A stretch of 64,000 bases of DNA, taken from positions 2,304,001 to 2,368,000 of the forward strand of contig CAVOFT010000001.1 of the NCBI GenBank assembly GCA_963695095.1, in the 5' to 3' direction. The position numbers and the translations under genes were made by a program. Under the pieces are notes generated by a model, which was given only the letters and a program-made list of their open reading frames with translations, was not told the origin of the DNA and did no database searches. Shown here piece by piece: positions 63,785 to 64,000 of the stretch (the stretch's first letter is position 1; every line of letters starts with the position of its first letter). Origin of the DNA: an uncultured bacterium (GTDB lineage: Bacteria; Krumholzibacteriota; Krumholzibacteriia; JACNKJ01).

Positions 63785-64000
63785 GTGACCGCCATCGCCA
63801 TCGCCATCATCGCCGACACCCATGGCCAGTTGCCGGCCGCCCTCTGGCAGCGCCTGGCGGGCGTGGAGCGCATCCTCCACCTGGGCGACCTGGGACCGCC
63901 GGCCCTCCTGGTCGAACTCGGCAGCATCGCCCCCGTGAGCGCCGTCATGGGCAATGTGGACGCGCCGGGGCAGGCCGCCCTGCCCGCCCGGCGGCGCCTG
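63785..64000 (+). CDS. YfcE-like metallophosphoesterase, 5' part; runs off the window edge
   Basis: Manual translation from GTG: IIADTHG...ILHLGD...VMGNVD. Confidence 0.88.
   Translation, partial: MTAIAIAIIADTHGQLPAALWQRLAGVERILHLGDLGPPALLVELGSIAPVSAVMGNVDAPGQAALPARRRL

Overview
A very GC-rich bacterial chromosomal window. The many secreted proteins with PNPFNP...K/R C-terminal domains suggest an FCB-related lineage such as Latescibacterota or Krumholzibacteriota (inference only). The left 13 kb is a minus-strand housekeeping run: tadA, 2 tRNA-Ser, SRP RNA, dnaX, ybaB, recR, pgpA, cinA, thpR, M48 peptidase, glycosyltransferase, recA, recX, alaS and a polysaccharide-export gene. The middle is rich in secreted peptidases (M16, S41 tricorn, C10, M1, M12-like, C25 gingipain-like) and also carries cstA, amrS, pyk, a cN-II nucleotidase, an RRM-desaturase-RRM locus, nrfHA with an FNR-type box, a DEAD-box helicase and an LVIVD-repeat gene next to a 3-tRNA cluster. 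The right end has mnmA, two DUF507-like genes and small genes. No CRISPR array, transposase or integrase was seen. Five genes carry frameshifts that look like sequencing errors. The best candidates for undescribed biology are: (1) a probable cold-adaptation module whose two RRM genes share a conserved ~190-nt leader able to fold over the ribosome-binding site; (2) a short C-terminal 'FSxVKALY' tag on unrelated secreted proteins, coexisting with six T9SS-like FlgD-Ig tails; (3) all five tRNA genes encode CC but not the terminal A; (4) a CxxCH-type NrfA; (5) a lower-GC islet bounded by a duplicated terminator.
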